Assembly: GCA_963750165.1 (NCBI GenBank)
Contig: CAVVPN010000003.1
Coordinates: 1-64,000, forward strand
DNA: 64,000 nucleotides
Source of the DNA: an uncultured Gemmataceae bacterium
GTDB lineage: Bacteria; Planctomycetota; Planctomycetia; Gemmatales; Gemmataceae
Reading direction: 5' to 3'
Below the pieces are notes generated by a model, which saw only the letters and a list, made by a program, of their open reading frames with translations, was not told the origin of the DNA and made no database searches. Shown here piece after piece: positions 29,884-40,600 of this stretch; within the stretch, counting starts at the first letter, position 1, and each line of letters starts with the position of its first letter. The position numbers and the translations under genes were made by a program.

Positions 29884-31319
29884 GCACGCAATGCGCCAAT
29901 TCCGTAGTGCGAGCGGCGCCGCTGACGCGCCGCGACCTGTTGCTGCGTTGCGCCAACGGCTTCGGTGCGGTGGCCCTGGCCGCCCTGCTGACCGAACAGG
30001 GCCGCGCCGTCCAGACGCCTGGCGTGGTGCCCGGCCGCGTCCGCCACCACCCGCCGCGCGCCCGGAACGTCATCTTCCTGTACATGGACGGCGCCCCGTC
30101 GCAGGTGGACACCTTCGACTACAAGCCGGCCCTGGCCCGCTACCACGGCCGCGATCCGCACAGCATTTTCACCGTCGAGCCGACGCAGTTCAACAACGTC
30201 GGCCGGGTCATGCAATCGCCGTGGCGCTTCCGCCGCTGCGGCCAGAGCGGTCAGTGGGTTAGCGACCTGTTCCCGCACGTCGCCGGCTGCGTCGATGAGC
30301 TGTGCTTCGTTCGCTCGATGACCTCACACTTCTCGGAGCACACGGGTGCCAATTATTTCCTGCACACCGGCAGCGGCATGCAGGGCCGGCCGAGCATGGG
30401 GGCGTGGCTCAGCTACGGCCTGGGCAGCGAGAACCGTAACCTGCCCGGCTTCATCGTGCTCAACGGCGGCCTGATTCCGCCAGGCGGTCTCGACAACTTC
30501 AACAGCGGCTTTTTGCCCGCGGCGTATCAGGGCTCGGTCTTCCGCGCCGCCGACCCGCCCGTCGCCAACATCCGCCGCCTGGAACCGACGCAGCAGCACC
30601 AGCGCAACCAGCTCGACCTGGTGCGGCAGCTGGACGGCGGCCTGTTGCAGCGCAGCGGCGGCGCCGATGAGGTCGAGTCGGCCATCGCCAACGCCGAGAC
30701 GGCGTACCGCATGCAGACGGCGGTGCCGGAGTTGATGGACATCCGCAGCGAGACGGCGCTGACGCGGCGGCTGTACGGCGTGGAGGCCACGTATGCGCCG
30801 ACGCGGATTTTCGGGACGCAGTGCCTGCTGGCGCGGCGGCTGGTGGAGCGCGGGGCGCGGTTCATCGAATTGACCTGCCCGAACGTCGGCGCCGACCGCT
30901 GGGACCAGCACGGCGGTCTGCGGACGGGCCACCAGAACAACGCCCGCGCTGTCGATCAGCCGATTGCGGCGCTGCTGCGCGATTTGAAGGGCCGCGGCCT
31001 GTTGAACGAGACACTGGTGGTGTGGGCGGGCGAGTTCGGGCGGACGCCGTTCGCGCAGGGCAGCGACGGCCGCGACCACAACCCGTATGGCTTCACGCTC
31101 TGGTTGGCGGGCGGCGGCGTCAAGCCGGGCTTCGCTTACGGCGAGACGGACGAGTTCGGCTACCACGCGGTGCAAGGGCGGCAGGAGATTCACGACCTGC
31201 ACGCGACGATGCTGCATCTGCTGGGGGTGGATCACACGCGGCTGACGTTCCGCTTCGGCGGGCGTGACATGCGGCTGACCGACGTGCATGGCGAGGTGAT
31301 TCGCGAGGTGCTGGCGTAA
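29880..31319 (+). CDS. DUF1501 domain protein
   Basis: 'TRRDLL', 'VIFLYM.G.PSQVDTFDYKP', 'WDQHG', 'GEFGRTP', 'GRDHNP', 'HDLHAT.LHLLG'; ATGA overlap with the upstream gene. Confidence 0.92.
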   Translation: MSTQCANSVVRAAPLTRRDLLLRCANGFGAVALAALLTEQGRAVQTPGVVPGRVRHHPPRARNVIFLYMDGAPSQVDTFDYKPALARYHGRDPHSIFTVEPTQFNNVGRVMQSPWRFRRCGQSGQWVSDLFPHVAGCVDELCFVRSMTSHFSEHTGANYFLHTGSGMQGRPSMGAWLSYGLGSENRNLPGFIVLNGGLIPPGGLDNFNSGFLPAAYQGSVFRAADPPVANIRRLEPTQQHQRNQLDLVRQLDGGLLQRSGGADEVESAIANAETAYRMQTAVPELMDIRSETALTRRLYGVEATYAPTRIFGTQCLLARRLVERGARFIELTCPNVGADRWDQHGGLRTGHQNNARAVDQPIAALLRDLKGRGLLNETLVVWAGEFGRTPFAQGSDGRDHNPYGFTLWLAGGGVKPGFAYGETDEFGYHAVQGRQEIHDLHATMLHLLGVDHTRLTFRFGGRDMRLTDVHGEVIREVLA

Positions 31320-31377
31320 TCGAGACGCGCGGAGTTGCGCACCGGGTGCAGGTCGAGAGCGCAGCGCTCGCGGACGC

Positions 31378-31569
31378 CGGGCACGGCTTGTCGTCGGGCG
31401 GCCTGCACTGCCACAGCAAGGGGGCCAAGGAGGCCAAGGGGGCCAGCTTTTTCATACGTCGAGAATTGGCGCCCTGGCTCCGTGCGGCTGGCACGGCGCG
31501 ACACCAAACGGCGGCGGCTGTCACAGCAAGGACGCCAAGAACGCCAACTTTTTCATACGTCGAGAATCC
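31378..31569 (-). repeat. Two tandem partial copies of the 10.8 kb / 26.2 kb MITE core
   Basis: CTTTTTCATACGTCGAGAAT occurs twice, each preceded by 9-mer tandems (CAAGGGGGC or CAAGAACGC). Confidence 0.75.
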
Positions 31570-31633
31570 GCACCCCCAGAGCCGGTCACGGGCGCTTCGT
31601 CCACGCGCAGGCAACGTGTGAGGGAGGGAAACC

Positions 31634-31813
31634 ATGTCGGACGTACCAGACCCGATCAAGAGCCTGCATCTTACACCTGAGTTGCTGGCCAGCCGCAGCA
31701 TACGCTACTTGCATGAGGCGGATCGCTCGGTTCTCCAGACGATCCGCTGTGGCGTGCTGTTCCTGATGGCGTTCTGGAGCGGACCAGCTTGCAGGAATGT
31801 CCGAGCACCGTAA
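31634..31813 (+). CDS. Small hypothetical protein or gene remnant (59 aa)
   Basis: GGAGGG RBS, ATG, protein-like 'GVLFLMAFWSGPA'; short. Confidence 0.3.
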   Translation: MSDVPDPIKSLHLTPELLASRSIRYLHEADRSVLQTIRCGVLFLMAFWSGPACRNVRAP

Positions 31814-31830
31814 CAACAGCTGCGCCACAA

Positions 31831-32606
31831 TCAACGCCCGAACAATAACCACCAGAACACGCCCGCCGCCACAATCCGATAGACGCCGAACCAGATAAAC
31901 GTGTGCGTCTGCACAAAGCGCAGCAGCCAGCGCACCACCACCAGCGCCACCACGAACGACACCACCATACCGATGCTCAGCAGCACCGCCTCGTCCGCGT
32001 GCAGCCCTTCCGGGCGTTCCTTGTACAGCGAGTAGGCCGAGGCCGCCGCCATCGTCGGCACCGCCAGTAGGAACGAGAACTCCACCACCGTCCGCCGCTT
32101 CAGCCCCACCGCCAACCCGCCCAGGATCGTCGCCGCCGCCCGCGACACGCCCGGGATCAGCGCCACGCCTGCGCGACGCCGATCAGCAACGCCTGCACCA
32201 GGGACATGTTTTCCACGCCCTCGACCGCGTCCTTGCGCTCGCCGTGATACACCTCAAAAAGCACCAGCACGTTGCCGCCGATCAGCAGCGCCCAGAGCGT
32301 TACCTCCACGTTGTCCAGGTACTCGCGCACCACCCGGTAAAACAGGAACCCAATCGCCGCCGCCGGCAGGAACGCCACCGCCACGCGCAGCATCACCCGC
32401 CAGTTCACCAGCAGCATCCGCCAGTACAGCATCACCACCGCCAGGATGGCCCCGAACTGGATCACTACCTTGAAGGTCTTGGAAAACGACGTGTCCGGCA
32501 ACTGCATCAGGTTGGACGCGACGTTCAAATGGCCCGTCGAGGAAATGGGCAAGAACTCGGTCAATCCTTCAACGACGCCGAGGATGACCGCATCGAGGTA
32601 ATTCAT
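31831..32606 (-). CDS. uppP: Undecaprenyl-diphosphate phosphatase; frameshift near 32166
   Basis: 'GVVEGLTEFLPISSTGH', 'IQFGAILAV', 'ALIPGVSR', 'EFSFLLAVP', 'FGVYRI'. Confidence 0.92.
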
Positions 32607-32633
32607 GAACGCTCCTGCGTGGGGCCGGCGGCG

Positions 32634-33119
32634 CTAAATCCATTTGATGCGGAGCAGGCCGACGAGCGAGAAGCGCGGGGCGTCGGGCCGCGGCTGCCAT
32701 TCGACCTTCTTGTAGGTGCCGAAGACGCGATCCCACAGGTCGAACGAGATGCCGAAGTTGTGGTGCCACATGTGCCGATCGTGGTGGAGGAAGTGGACCG
32801 GCCGCGGCAGCCAGAAACACAGCTCGGGCTTCTCGTGTTGCAGCTGATGGCTGTAGGCCGCCCAGGCGCCGTAGAGGACCGCGCCCGCCGCCCAGCCGAT
32901 GCCGGCCTCCACCGACCACAGGAAGCCCAGCCAGCCGAGGACGACGCCCCCCTTCAGGTAGTCCTTGAACTCCAGCAGCCAACCCTGACCGAAGCCTTCC
33001 TTGTGGTGCTGGGCGTGGACCTTGCGCAGCAGCCAGTTGTGCATGAAGCGGTGCAGCCAGTATTCGCTGAAGGTGCCGAGGAACAGCGACAGCAGCAATG
33101 CCCAGAGCCAGTCCGGCAT
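32634..33119 (-). CDS. Sterol desaturase / fatty acid hydroxylase family protein
   Basis: His boxes 'YWLHRFMH', 'HAQHH', 'HFLHH'; 'NFGI...WDRVFGT'. Confidence 0.85.
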   Translation of the reverse strand: MPDWLWALLLSLFLGTFSEYWLHRFMHNWLLRKVHAQHHKEGFGQGWLLEFKDYLKGGVVLGWLGFLWSVEAGIGWAAGAVLYGAWAAYSHQLQHEKPELCFWLPRPVHFLHHDRHMWHHNFGISFDLWDRVFGTYKKVEWQPRPDAPRFSLVGLLRIKWI

Positions 33120-33230
33120 GGCGATCCCCTCCGACACGACAGGGCTCCTCTCGGTACGCAATCCAGGCACTACTTTAGCCGACCCAACGCGGCGTGCAAG
33201 AGGTTTCGCGGGATCGTGGAGCAAAAAGAC

Positions 33231-33312
33231 GGATCCACAGCTGACACAGATGGCACAGATAAAGACAAATTCAAATGTCTTTATCTGTGCCATCTGTGTC
33301 AGCTGTGGATCC
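33231..33312. repeat. Inverted repeat of 9-mer tandems (CACAGATGG-like), empty
   Basis: Perfect 37-bp stem (33231-33267/33276-33312) with an 8-nt loop. Confidence 0.9.
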
Positions 33313-33419
33313 CTGTCTTTTTTTCTTCCGGCTGCTTCCTTGCACGGCCCCCATCTGCCGATTAAAGTGGAACCAACGATTTACCCCCCAGCGACTGCTT
33401 GCGCCTGCCTCGGAGACTC

Positions 33420-34979
33420 ATGGACACTGTAACCTCTCCTCCGGCCGTGGCCCCGGCCAGCCGCGTCCGCTACGGCGTGCTCGGCTTCGCCTGTTCGCTG
33501 TCGATGATTACCTACCTCGACCGCGTCTGCTTCGGCACGGTGGCGCCGTACATCCAGCGCGAGTTCGGCCTGACGGACGGCCAGAAGGGCATGCTGTTCA
33601 CCGCGTTCGCCCTGGCTTACGCCTCCTTCGAGGTGCCCAGCGGCTGGCTCGGCGACATGTTCGGGCCGCGGCGGACCCTCATCCGCATTGTCCTGTGGTG
33701 GTCGCTGTTCACGGCCCTGACGGGCATGATTTTCCCCATCGCGTCGCTGCCGTGGTTCGCCTTCAACGCCATGCTGACGGTGCGCTTCCTGTTCGGCATG
33801 GGCGAGGCGGGGGCGTACCCGAACCTGGCGCGGGCGCTTCACAACTGGTTCCCGTTCTCGGAGCGCGGCTTCGCGCAGGGGGCGGTGTGGATGGCGGGCC
33901 GCTTCGCTGGCGGCGTCACGCCGCTGATCGTGCTGGCGCTGCTTATGACCGTCACCGATTCGCACGGCGCCGTGGAAGTGCTCCACTGGCGACACACATT
34001 CTGGATCTTCGGCGTGCTGGGCGTGTGCTGGTGCGTCATCTTCTGGTGGTGGTTCCGCGACCGGCCCGAGCAGCACCCAGGCGTCAACGCAGCGGAGCTG
34101 GCGTACATCCGCAGCGCGGTCGCGCTGCCGCCGCTCGACCTGTCGCGGCAGGGCGAACAGCTGGCCGCCGGCTGGGACACCGCCCGGGAGGCCGAGGCGG
34201 CCATGGAGGACATCGGCCGCACGCAGCACGTCGGCACCGGCGAACCACCGCTGCCGGGCGCTCCGATCCCGGAAACGGCCCCCGCCCCGGGCACGACGCC
34301 AGCCCACGACAGCCATTCCCTCACCGGCGTGCCCTGGGGCAAGATCGTGACCAACGGCAACCTGTGGGTGCTGTGCCTGATGTACTTCTGCGGCGCCTAC
34401 GGCTGGTACTTCAACATCACCTACCTGCCGGGTTACCTGCAGAACACCTATGGCCTGAAGCAGGGCCAGCCCTGGAGCGAGGAGTTCTGGACGCTGGGTC
34501 TGCTGGCGGGCCTGCCGCTGCTGTTCGGCTCGCTGGCGTGCCTGACAGGCGGGCTGCTGACGGACCTGTTCATCAAGCGGACGGGCAATCGCAAATGGGG
34601 CCGCCGGCTGTTCGGCGTCGTCGGCCACGGGGCGTGTGCGCTGTGCTACTTCCTGAGCATGGCCGCGCCGAACGCCTTCATGTTCGCGCTGATGGTGGCC
34701 CTGGCGGCGTTCAGTAACGACCTGACGATGGGTTCGGCGTGGGCGAGTTGCCTGGACATTGGCCGCAAGTATTCGGGCATCGTCTCGGGCTGCATGAACA
34801 CCATCGGCAACCTCGGCGGCGCCGCAGCCGGCTATGCGACCGGCTGGGTGCTGGAGCATTACGGCAAGAGCCAGGGCTGGCAGATCAACTTCCTGAGTTT
34901 CGGCGTGGTGTACGTCGTGGCGGTGGGCCTGTGGCTGTGCTTCGACTCGACCCATCCGATAGTGCAGGAAGAACATTGA
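33420..34979 (+). CDS. MFS transporter (anion:cation symporter-like)
   Basis: 'ITYLDRV', 'PSGWLGD.FGPRRTL.RIVLWWS', 'RFLFGMGEAGAYP', 'SGCMNT.GNLGG'. Confidence 0.9.
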   Translation: MDTVTSPPAVAPASRVRYGVLGFACSLSMITYLDRVCFGTVAPYIQREFGLTDGQKGMLFTAFALAYASFEVPSGWLGDMFGPRRTLIRIVLWWSLFTALTGMIFPIASLPWFAFNAMLTVRFLFGMGEAGAYPNLARALHNWFPFSERGFAQGAVWMAGRFAGGVTPLIVLALLMTVTDSHGAVEVLHWRHTFWIFGVLGVCWCVIFWWWFRDRPEQHPGVNAAELAYIRSAVALPPLDLSRQGEQLAAGWDTAREAEAAMEDIGRTQHVGTGEPPLPGAPIPETAPAPGTTPAHDSHSLTGVPWGKIVTNGNLWVLCLMYFCGAYGWYFNITYLPGYLQNTYGLKQGQPWSEEFWTLGLLAGLPLLFGSLACLTGGLLTDLFIKRTGNRKWGRRLFGVVGHGACALCYFLSMAAPNAFMFALMVALAAFSNDLTMGSAWASCLDIGRKYSGIVSGCMNTIGNLGGAAAGYATGWVLEHYGKSQGWQINFLSFGVVYVVAVGLWLCFDSTHPIVQEEH

Positions 34980-34982
34980 AGA

Positions 34983-35040
34983 ATTGCAAATTGAAAGACA
35001 GCAGAAGTTCTGTCTTTCAATTTGCAATCTGCAATTTGCA
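34983..35040. repeat. Inverted repeat of 7-mer tandems (TTGCAAA/TTGCAGA), empty
   Basis: ATTGCAAATTGAAAGACAG...CTGTCTTTCAATTTGCAATCTGCAATTTGCA fills the gap between two convergent stops. Confidence 0.85.
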
Positions 35041-35041
35041 C

Positions 35042-35854
35042 TTATTTTCGCGTCTGCGCCAGCGTCAGATACAGCTGCCCCAGGTGATACCAGGCGCTGC
35101 TGTCGGGCAGCCTGGCGACGGCGGCGGTCAGCGCGGCGACCGCCTGGGCCGCCTCGTCGCAGAACAATGCCGCCATGCCGCGATTGAACAGCACCGGCAC
35201 GTTCGCCGGCTGCGCCTGCCACAGCGTCCGCGCCTCGTCGTGGCGGCCACGGTGCCAGAGCAACGCGGCCTGTTCATTCGCCCAGGCGTCCTTCCACGCC
35301 GCGGGCACGGCCGTCTCGCTGGTCTTCAGCAACTCGGCCGCCGGCCCAAACTGCTTCGCCAACCGCAGCGCGCCGATCGCCAGCAACACCTGCGGGAACT
35401 GCTGCCGGGCGGTCACCTGCTTCGCCCAGTCCAACAGCCCCGAGGCCACCATCGCCGTGCCAGTGCGCGGCCGCAGGTCTGCCAACTTCGGCCGGGCCAT
35501 GAGCACGTGCAGGTTGCGGACCAGCTGCGGGAAGTTGCCGAAGCTGAACGCCAGCGCCGCGGCCGGCTCATGCACCAGCACCAGTTGCGGCCACTGCGGC
35601 GGCGCCTGCCACTTCTGCGGCTGGCTGGTGGGGTCAAAATACGTCGCCACGGACACCGCCTCGACCCAGGCCGGCCGGGCGTCGATGGGCTGCACCGGAC
35701 CCACGTCATACGGCACCACCTCGCCGCTGGGGTCCACGGCCGCCAGGCCCGACGCATGGGCCTCCGCCTGCTGCCGAAGGTAGTTGGCGAACAGCACTTG
35801 CAACGATGGCTGAACGGGCGTCTCGTTCGGCTGGTTGGGATTGGCGTGCGACAT
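35042..35854 (-). CDS. Hypothetical protein with TPR-like C-terminus
   Basis: 'NEQAALLWHRG...EA..LW', 'LFNRGMAALF', 'WYHLGQLY'. Confidence 0.7.
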   Translation of the reverse strand: MSHANPNQPNETPVQPSLQVLFANYLRQQAEAHASGLAAVDPSGEVVPYDVGPVQPIDARPAWVEAVSVATYFDPTSQPQKWQAPPQWPQLVLVHEPAAALAFSFGNFPQLVRNLHVLMARPKLADLRPRTGTAMVASGLLDWAKQVTARQQFPQVLLAIGALRLAKQFGPAAELLKTSETAVPAAWKDAWANEQAALLWHRGRHDEARTLWQAQPANVPVLFNRGMAALFCDEAAQAVAALTAAVARLPDSSAWYHLGQLYLTLAQTRK

Positions 35855-35958
35855 GGATCACTTCCTTCCTGGGCGTGCGTTTCCGGGATCGAGTGCGGGT
35901 CTTCGCCAGGAAAACGCACCGGCGGACGAAACTTGCGCCCGAATGAGAAGGAGGCCGC

Positions 35959-36324
35959 TCACAGCAGCCCGTCCACCTGATCGGCGCTCAGTGGCGTGAC
36001 GAAGGCACAGCCGACGTGATAGTCGCCGCCAGGTTGCAGCGTACAATGCTTCACCTCGGCGGGCAAGTCCACCACCTTGCTCGTGGTCGGGTTCTTGATC
36101 TGAATGACGAGGTTTTGGCCCTTGGTCAGCGGCTTGGCGAGCACCAGGCCGACGCCCTCCGGGCTGAGGTCCACGACCCAGGCGCGGCGGTATTCCGTGC
36201 GGTCGGCCAGCACCAGCCGGCTGGGGGTGGCCAGGGCACACTGGTAGCGCACGGAGGCGCGGCGGTTGGACGGCCGGCTTTCCTTGCGCGGCGTGCCGCC
36301 GAACGGGATGTACTGGAACGACAT
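35959..36324 (-). CDS. PilZ domain protein
   Basis: RxxxR 'RRASVR' and DxSxxG 'DLSPEG'. Confidence 0.85.
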   Translation of the reverse strand: MSFQYIPFGGTPRKESRPSNRRASVRYQCALATPSRLVLADRTEYRRAWVVDLSPEGVGLVLAKPLTKGQNLVIQIKNPTTSKVVDLPAEVKHCTLQPGGDYHVGCAFVTPLSADQVDGLL

Positions 36325-36364
36325 GCTCGCCTCCTTGATCTCTGGCGGGGGTGCTGGCGGTGGG

Positions 36365-37096
36365 TCAAGCCAGGGCTTTCAGGTCGGCCTCGCTCAGCGA
36401 GCGGATGAAATTGCAGCCCAGCTCTTGGGTGTGGTCGGCCTGGGCGGTGACGTGGACCACGCAGGCGAGCATGGTCCGCCCGAAGTCGCCGTGAGCGGCC
36501 CGCAGTTCGATGCTCAACAGGGTGCCGTTGGCGACCTCCTCTCGCACGCGCAGGCCGACGCCGCTGGCCGAGATGTTGAACACCTCGGCGGCGAACGGCA
36601 CGGACGCCGGCAGGGCGACCGCCAGACATGAGGCGGTCAGGTTGCCCGGGAAGCGCACCCAGCGGCGCTGGTCGGGCGGCTCGGGCCGCTGCCGTTTGGC
36701 CCCGAAGGCGGCCAGATCCTCATCGTTCAACTCGCGCGCGAAGGTGCAGCCGACGGCCCATCGACCGTTCGCCTGGCGGTTGACGTGGATAACGCAGGCC
36801 AGGACCGTGGAGCGCTCCGCGTCGCTGGCGCAGGGCAGTTCCATGCTGACCAGCTCGCCCTCGCTGAGGGACCGAGTCGTGACCAGGAACACACCGCCCA
36901 GGGAGATGTTGGTGATGCGCGCCGCCAACGGCTTGCCGTCGCCGCCACCGACGGATTGCAGGGTGGTAGCGAAGTCGGTGGGGATGCGGTGCCAGGCGCG
37001 GCGGTCGTCCTCGGCCACAACCGTGCCGCCGCCGTCGGCCAGTGTCGGTTTGCGGTTCACCAGGCGCCGCCAGAAAGACACGGTGCGTTCAAACAT
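36365..37096 (-). CDS. Tandem PilZ domain protein
   Basis: 'RRAWHR...NISLGG' and 'RRWVR...NISASG'. Confidence 0.85.
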   Translation of the reverse strand: MFERTVSFWRRLVNRKPTLADGGGTVVAEDDRRAWHRIPTDFATTLQSVGGGDGKPLAARITNISLGGVFLVTTRSLSEGELVSMELPCASDAERSTVLACVIHVNRQANGRWAVGCTFARELNDEDLAAFGAKRQRPEPPDQRRWVRFPGNLTASCLAVALPASVPFAAEVFNISASGVGLRVREEVANGTLLSIELRAAHGDFGRTMLACVVHVTAQADHTQELGCNFIRSLSEADLKALA

Positions 37097-37261
37097 GAGG
37101 ATGCCACCTTCAGGGTGCAGGATCCTGGGTAAGTTTAGTTCACGCGGCCGCCCCTGTCAAACGGCCGCCGACGGAACCGCCGCCCAGGCCGCCGTCAAGA
37201 CCAAAGTCGTCAACTACAGTAACTGTTCCGCCAGGTGTTTGGCGGTGCGGGGAAGTAGTAA

Positions 37262-37392
37262 CAGCGCTTTATAGGCGAGCGGCGCAGCGTCAGCCCGCCG
37301 GTACTTCGGAGCAGCGCTTTTTAGGCGAGCGGCGCGGCGTCAGCCCGCCGGTGCTCCGAAGTACCGGCGGGCTGACGCCGCGCCGCTCGCCT
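37262..37392. repeat. REP triplet: two direct copies at 50-bp spacing plus one inverted copy
   Basis: AGGCGAGCGGCGC(A/G)GCGTCAGCCCGCCGGT at 37273 and 37323; reverse complement at 37363-37392. Confidence 0.85.
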
Positions 37393-37520
37393 GGAGCGGT
37401 TCGCGCACGGGTGGTGGGACAGCGGGCACGGCTTGACCAGCAGCGGCCTGCTCTGTCCTATCAAGGACGCCAAGAACGCCAAGAACGCCATCTTTTTCAT
37501 ACGTCGAGAATCGGCGCCTG
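37393..37520 (-). repeat. Partial copy of the 9-mer-core MITE
   Basis: GAGCGGTTC end, CAAGAACGC tandem, CTTTTTCATACGTCGAGAAT. Confidence 0.7.
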
Positions 37521-37645
37521 GGAGCGACCCGCTCGAAAAAGTGGTGGCGACAGCCGCCGCCAGCGTGTATCTTCAATTCCAACCGCCGGGAGTCCTCGGC
37601 GGCTGGCTTCATGACCAACCCCCTCTCCGCCACTGAGACACCGCC

Positions 37646-39180
37646 ATGTGCGACCTCCAAACCCGTCCCTCGTCCGCCCTGCTCCGCCGACTGCTGCCGG
37701 CCCTGGTGCTGGCGCTGCTGCTGGCGCCGGCGCTGCGCGCCAGCAGCCGCCGGTCAAACAGGTGCCGGCCGTCGCCACCGAGCCGGAACGCAAGATCCTC
37801 GCGGAGATCAAGCAGCACTCCGAACAGCTGAAGAACCTGACGTATTTGTGCGACGTGATCGGCCCACGCCTGACCGGCACGCCGGCGCTGAAGCGCGCCA
37901 ACGACTGGGGGGCCGAGCGCATGAAAGCGTACGGCCTGACCAACGTCCACCACGAAGCATGGATAATGCCCGAGGGCTGGAAACGCGGCCCCGCGCACTG
38001 CCGTGTCCTGGAGCCGGACAACGGCCGCAGCATCAGCGTCGCCTCGATGGCCTGGACACACGGCACCCCCGGCAAAATCCAGGGCGACGTGGTGGTGCTC
38101 AAGGCGAAAACGGTGGCCGACCTGGACGCCTACAAGGGCAAGCTCAAGAACGCCATCGTGCTGCAAAACCCGCCCACGGTGCTGCCGCCCTACGGCGAGC
38201 TGGACAAGGGCGGCTTTCTGCCGGCCGGCGGCGGTGGCAAGAAGAAGGGCGGCGGCCAACCGATTGAGGAGATCGTCGCCTTCCGCAAGGCGCTGCGCGA
38301 GTTCCTGACGCGGGAGGGCGTGGCGGCGGTGTTCATCGACGCGAGCAAGCATTTCAACCTGCTGGCGACCACCGGCGGCTGGGGCCGCTACTTCGGCAAC
38401 GAACGGCCCAGCGCCATCAACAAGCTGCCGCAGTTGTTCGTGGCCCACGACCACTACGCCATGCTCTACCGCCTGGCGACGCGGCCGGCGCCGGCCAAAA
38501 CACGCGTCGAGCTGGAGGTGACCAACGAATTCGTGCCGGGACCGCTCACGGTCTACAACACGGTCGGCGAGCTGCGCGGCAGCGAGAAGCCGGACGAGTA
38601 CGTGGTGGTTGGGGCGCACCTGGATTCGTGGGACCTGGGCCAGGGGACGCTGGACAACGGCACCGGCACGTCGGTGGTGCTGGAGACGGCGCGGGCGCTG
38701 GTCAAGAGCAGCGCGGCGCCGAAGCGCACCATCCGCTTCATTCTCTTCACCGGCGAGGAGCAGGGTCTGCACGGCTCGCGCGCCTACGTCGAGAAGCACA
38801 AGGCCGAACTGCCGCGCATCTCGGCGTGCCTGGTCCATGACACCGGCACCGGTCGGGTCATCAGCCTGGGCTGGCTCGGCCGGCCGCCCATCCAGGAGAT
38901 TTTGGAGAAGGAGCTGGCGGTGCTGAAGGAACTGGGCGTCAAGGACCTGTACGGCCGCGGCTTCGGCGGCAGCGATCACGCCTCGTTCGCCGCGGTGGGC
39001 GTGCCTGGCTGTGCCTACAACCAGGAGACGGCCGGCTACCGCTTCGCGCACCACTCGCAGGCAGACACGCTCGGCATGGTGCGGCAGGATGACCTGATCC
39101 AGGGGGCGCAGGTGACCGCCCTCGCGGCGTTGCGGTTGGCGAACCTGGAGCAACTGCTGCCGCGCGACAAGAAAGAGTGA
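37646..39180 (+). CDS. M28 family metallopeptidase (carboxypeptidase Q-like); frameshift after the signal peptide near 37740
   Basis: 'L.D.IGPRLTG', 'VGAHLDSWD...G.LDNG.G', 'FTGEEQGL.GS', 'SDHASF', 'HHSQADT'. Confidence 0.9.
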
Positions 39181-39191
39181 CACTGCGGTGT

Positions 39192-39257
39192 CACTCGTGC
39201 CCGGTTCCGTTTCGCGCGGGCTCATCCGGGGGCGCGAAACGGAACCGGGCACGAGTG
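39192..39257. repeat. Long hairpin after the peptidase gene (REP or terminator), related to 61285-61335
   Basis: CACTCGTGCCCGGTTCCGTTTCGCGC...GCGCGAAACGGAACCGGGCACGAGTG. Confidence 0.7.
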
Positions 39258-39322
39258 GCGCCGGGAAGCGTCAGCACCGTTCACGTTTGATCGGCCCCGG
39301 ATTTTCTCAGACAGGAAGTGCC

Positions 39323-40186
39323 ATGACCCAGCCCCATCCGCAGCGGCTCGGTATCACTCGGGTTGAAGTGATCCTGATGATTTCCATCCTCGTCCTGGTG
39401 ATCGGGCTGGCGGTGCCTGCCGTTCATCTGATGAAGGCGGAGGCGGCCCGGACAACAACGATCAACTATCTGACCTTTCTGGGCAAGGCGACGCACAACT
39501 TCGCCGGCACCTACGGCACCAAGCTGCCGTACAACGGCACGCCGACCACCGGCATCCGGCTCAACGACAGGAGTGTCAGCATCTTCGCCCATCTGGTGCC
39601 GTTCGTCGAGCAGGACTGCTGCGTCAGGACCGCGCCCGACTCGACCGTCATTCCGCCGTTCACGACGCCGCAGGACTTCACCGCCCGGCAAACCGGCTTG
39701 ACGAGTAACGGCCTGGGCCTTGTCAGCTTCGCCGGCAACGCTCAGCTGTTCAACAGTGGCACCATCCAGCGCCTGCCCGCCGGCTTCGCCCCGGCCGGCA
39801 CGTCCAACGTGGTCATGTATGGCACCGCCTGGGCGGTCTGCGGCAACACCGAGCGGGCCTGGAGCAGCCTGTCCGCCTTCGAGCTGCCGCCGCCGGACAG
39901 TCTGGTGACCGGTACCATCACCTGCTACCAGAGTTCCAACGCCGCCTACCGTGGGGAAGTGGAGCCCCTTATTCCGAACGTGCTGGTGCCACTCCCGCAG
40001 CCCAGGAACACGGACCCGACCGACTGCGTCGATTCACGCTTACAGTCCTTCGGCAGCGTCACCCACGTGTGCATGGGGGACGGCAGCGTTCGCGGCGTCA
40101 GTTCTTCGGTGACCATCTACACCTGGTCGGTCGTCAACAGCCCCAAGAGGGGGCCTGAACCGAACTTTAACCCTTGTTGTGAATGA
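39323..40186 (+). CDS. DUF1559 (prepilin-like, SBP_bac_10) protein, divergent
   Basis: 'GITRVEVIL.I.IL...IGL.VPAV', 'A.RT...N.L..LG.A.HNF', 'GTSN.V', 'MGDGSVR.V'. Confidence 0.8.
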   Translation: MTQPHPQRLGITRVEVILMISILVLVIGLAVPAVHLMKAEAARTTTINYLTFLGKATHNFAGTYGTKLPYNGTPTTGIRLNDRSVSIFAHLVPFVEQDCCVRTAPDSTVIPPFTTPQDFTARQTGLTSNGLGLVSFAGNAQLFNSGTIQRLPAGFAPAGTSNVVMYGTAWAVCGNTERAWSSLSAFELPPPDSLVTGTITCYQSSNAAYRGEVEPLIPNVLVPLPQPRNTDPTDCVDSRLQSFGSVTHVCMGDGSVRGVSSSVTIYTWSVVNSPKRGPEPNFNPCCE

Positions 40187-40309
40187 TGGCCCGTCTGCCC
40201 GGTTTGGCGGAGGAGAATGATTTCTGGTAATCGATGCCGGCCCTGAATTCACCGGCAGATCTGTTCCCATGCAGGCGGTTCTGGCGAACAAAATCCCCGG
40301 CAAAGCACC

Positions 40310-40520
40310 GCGATGGCTCTCGAAGTCGGCCGCGAACGCGGCCGCGAACTGGGCGACCCGGTCGGCCTGCAGGGTGGGTGGGTTGCCTTGGACGTGCAGC
40401 AGGTAATCGGCCTTGGTGCTGCGGATCGCCTGGGCGATTTCCTGCTGGCAACCGCGGGCGTCAATCGAGACCAACGCGCCGTGGAGTTCCAGCAGTCGGA
40501 GCAGATTGGGAATGGCGGCG
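40310..40520 (-). mobile_element. ISAs1-family transposase internal fragment
   Basis: 'AIPNLL.LLEL.GALVSIDA.GCQ.EIA..I....ADYLL.V.GN.PTL'. Confidence 0.75.
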
Positions 40521-40600
40521 TGTGGGAATAGCGGGAAGTCGGGGTACGGCTTGGTGGGCTTGCCAGGCTTGGGAGGGGTGGTAAAATGTGTTTCGGACAT
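40521..40600 (-). pseudogene. N-terminal remnant of a planctomycete-type phage integrase
   Basis: 'KP.KPYPDFPLFPHA' recalls the N-terminus of planctomycete tyrosine integrases; lies next to a tRNA. Confidence 0.5.

Noticed and set aside
37262..37392. Direct repeats at 50-bp spacing as a possible CRISPR array
   Set aside because: Only two direct copies plus an inverted one, no unique spacers and no cas genes; fits a REP cluster.
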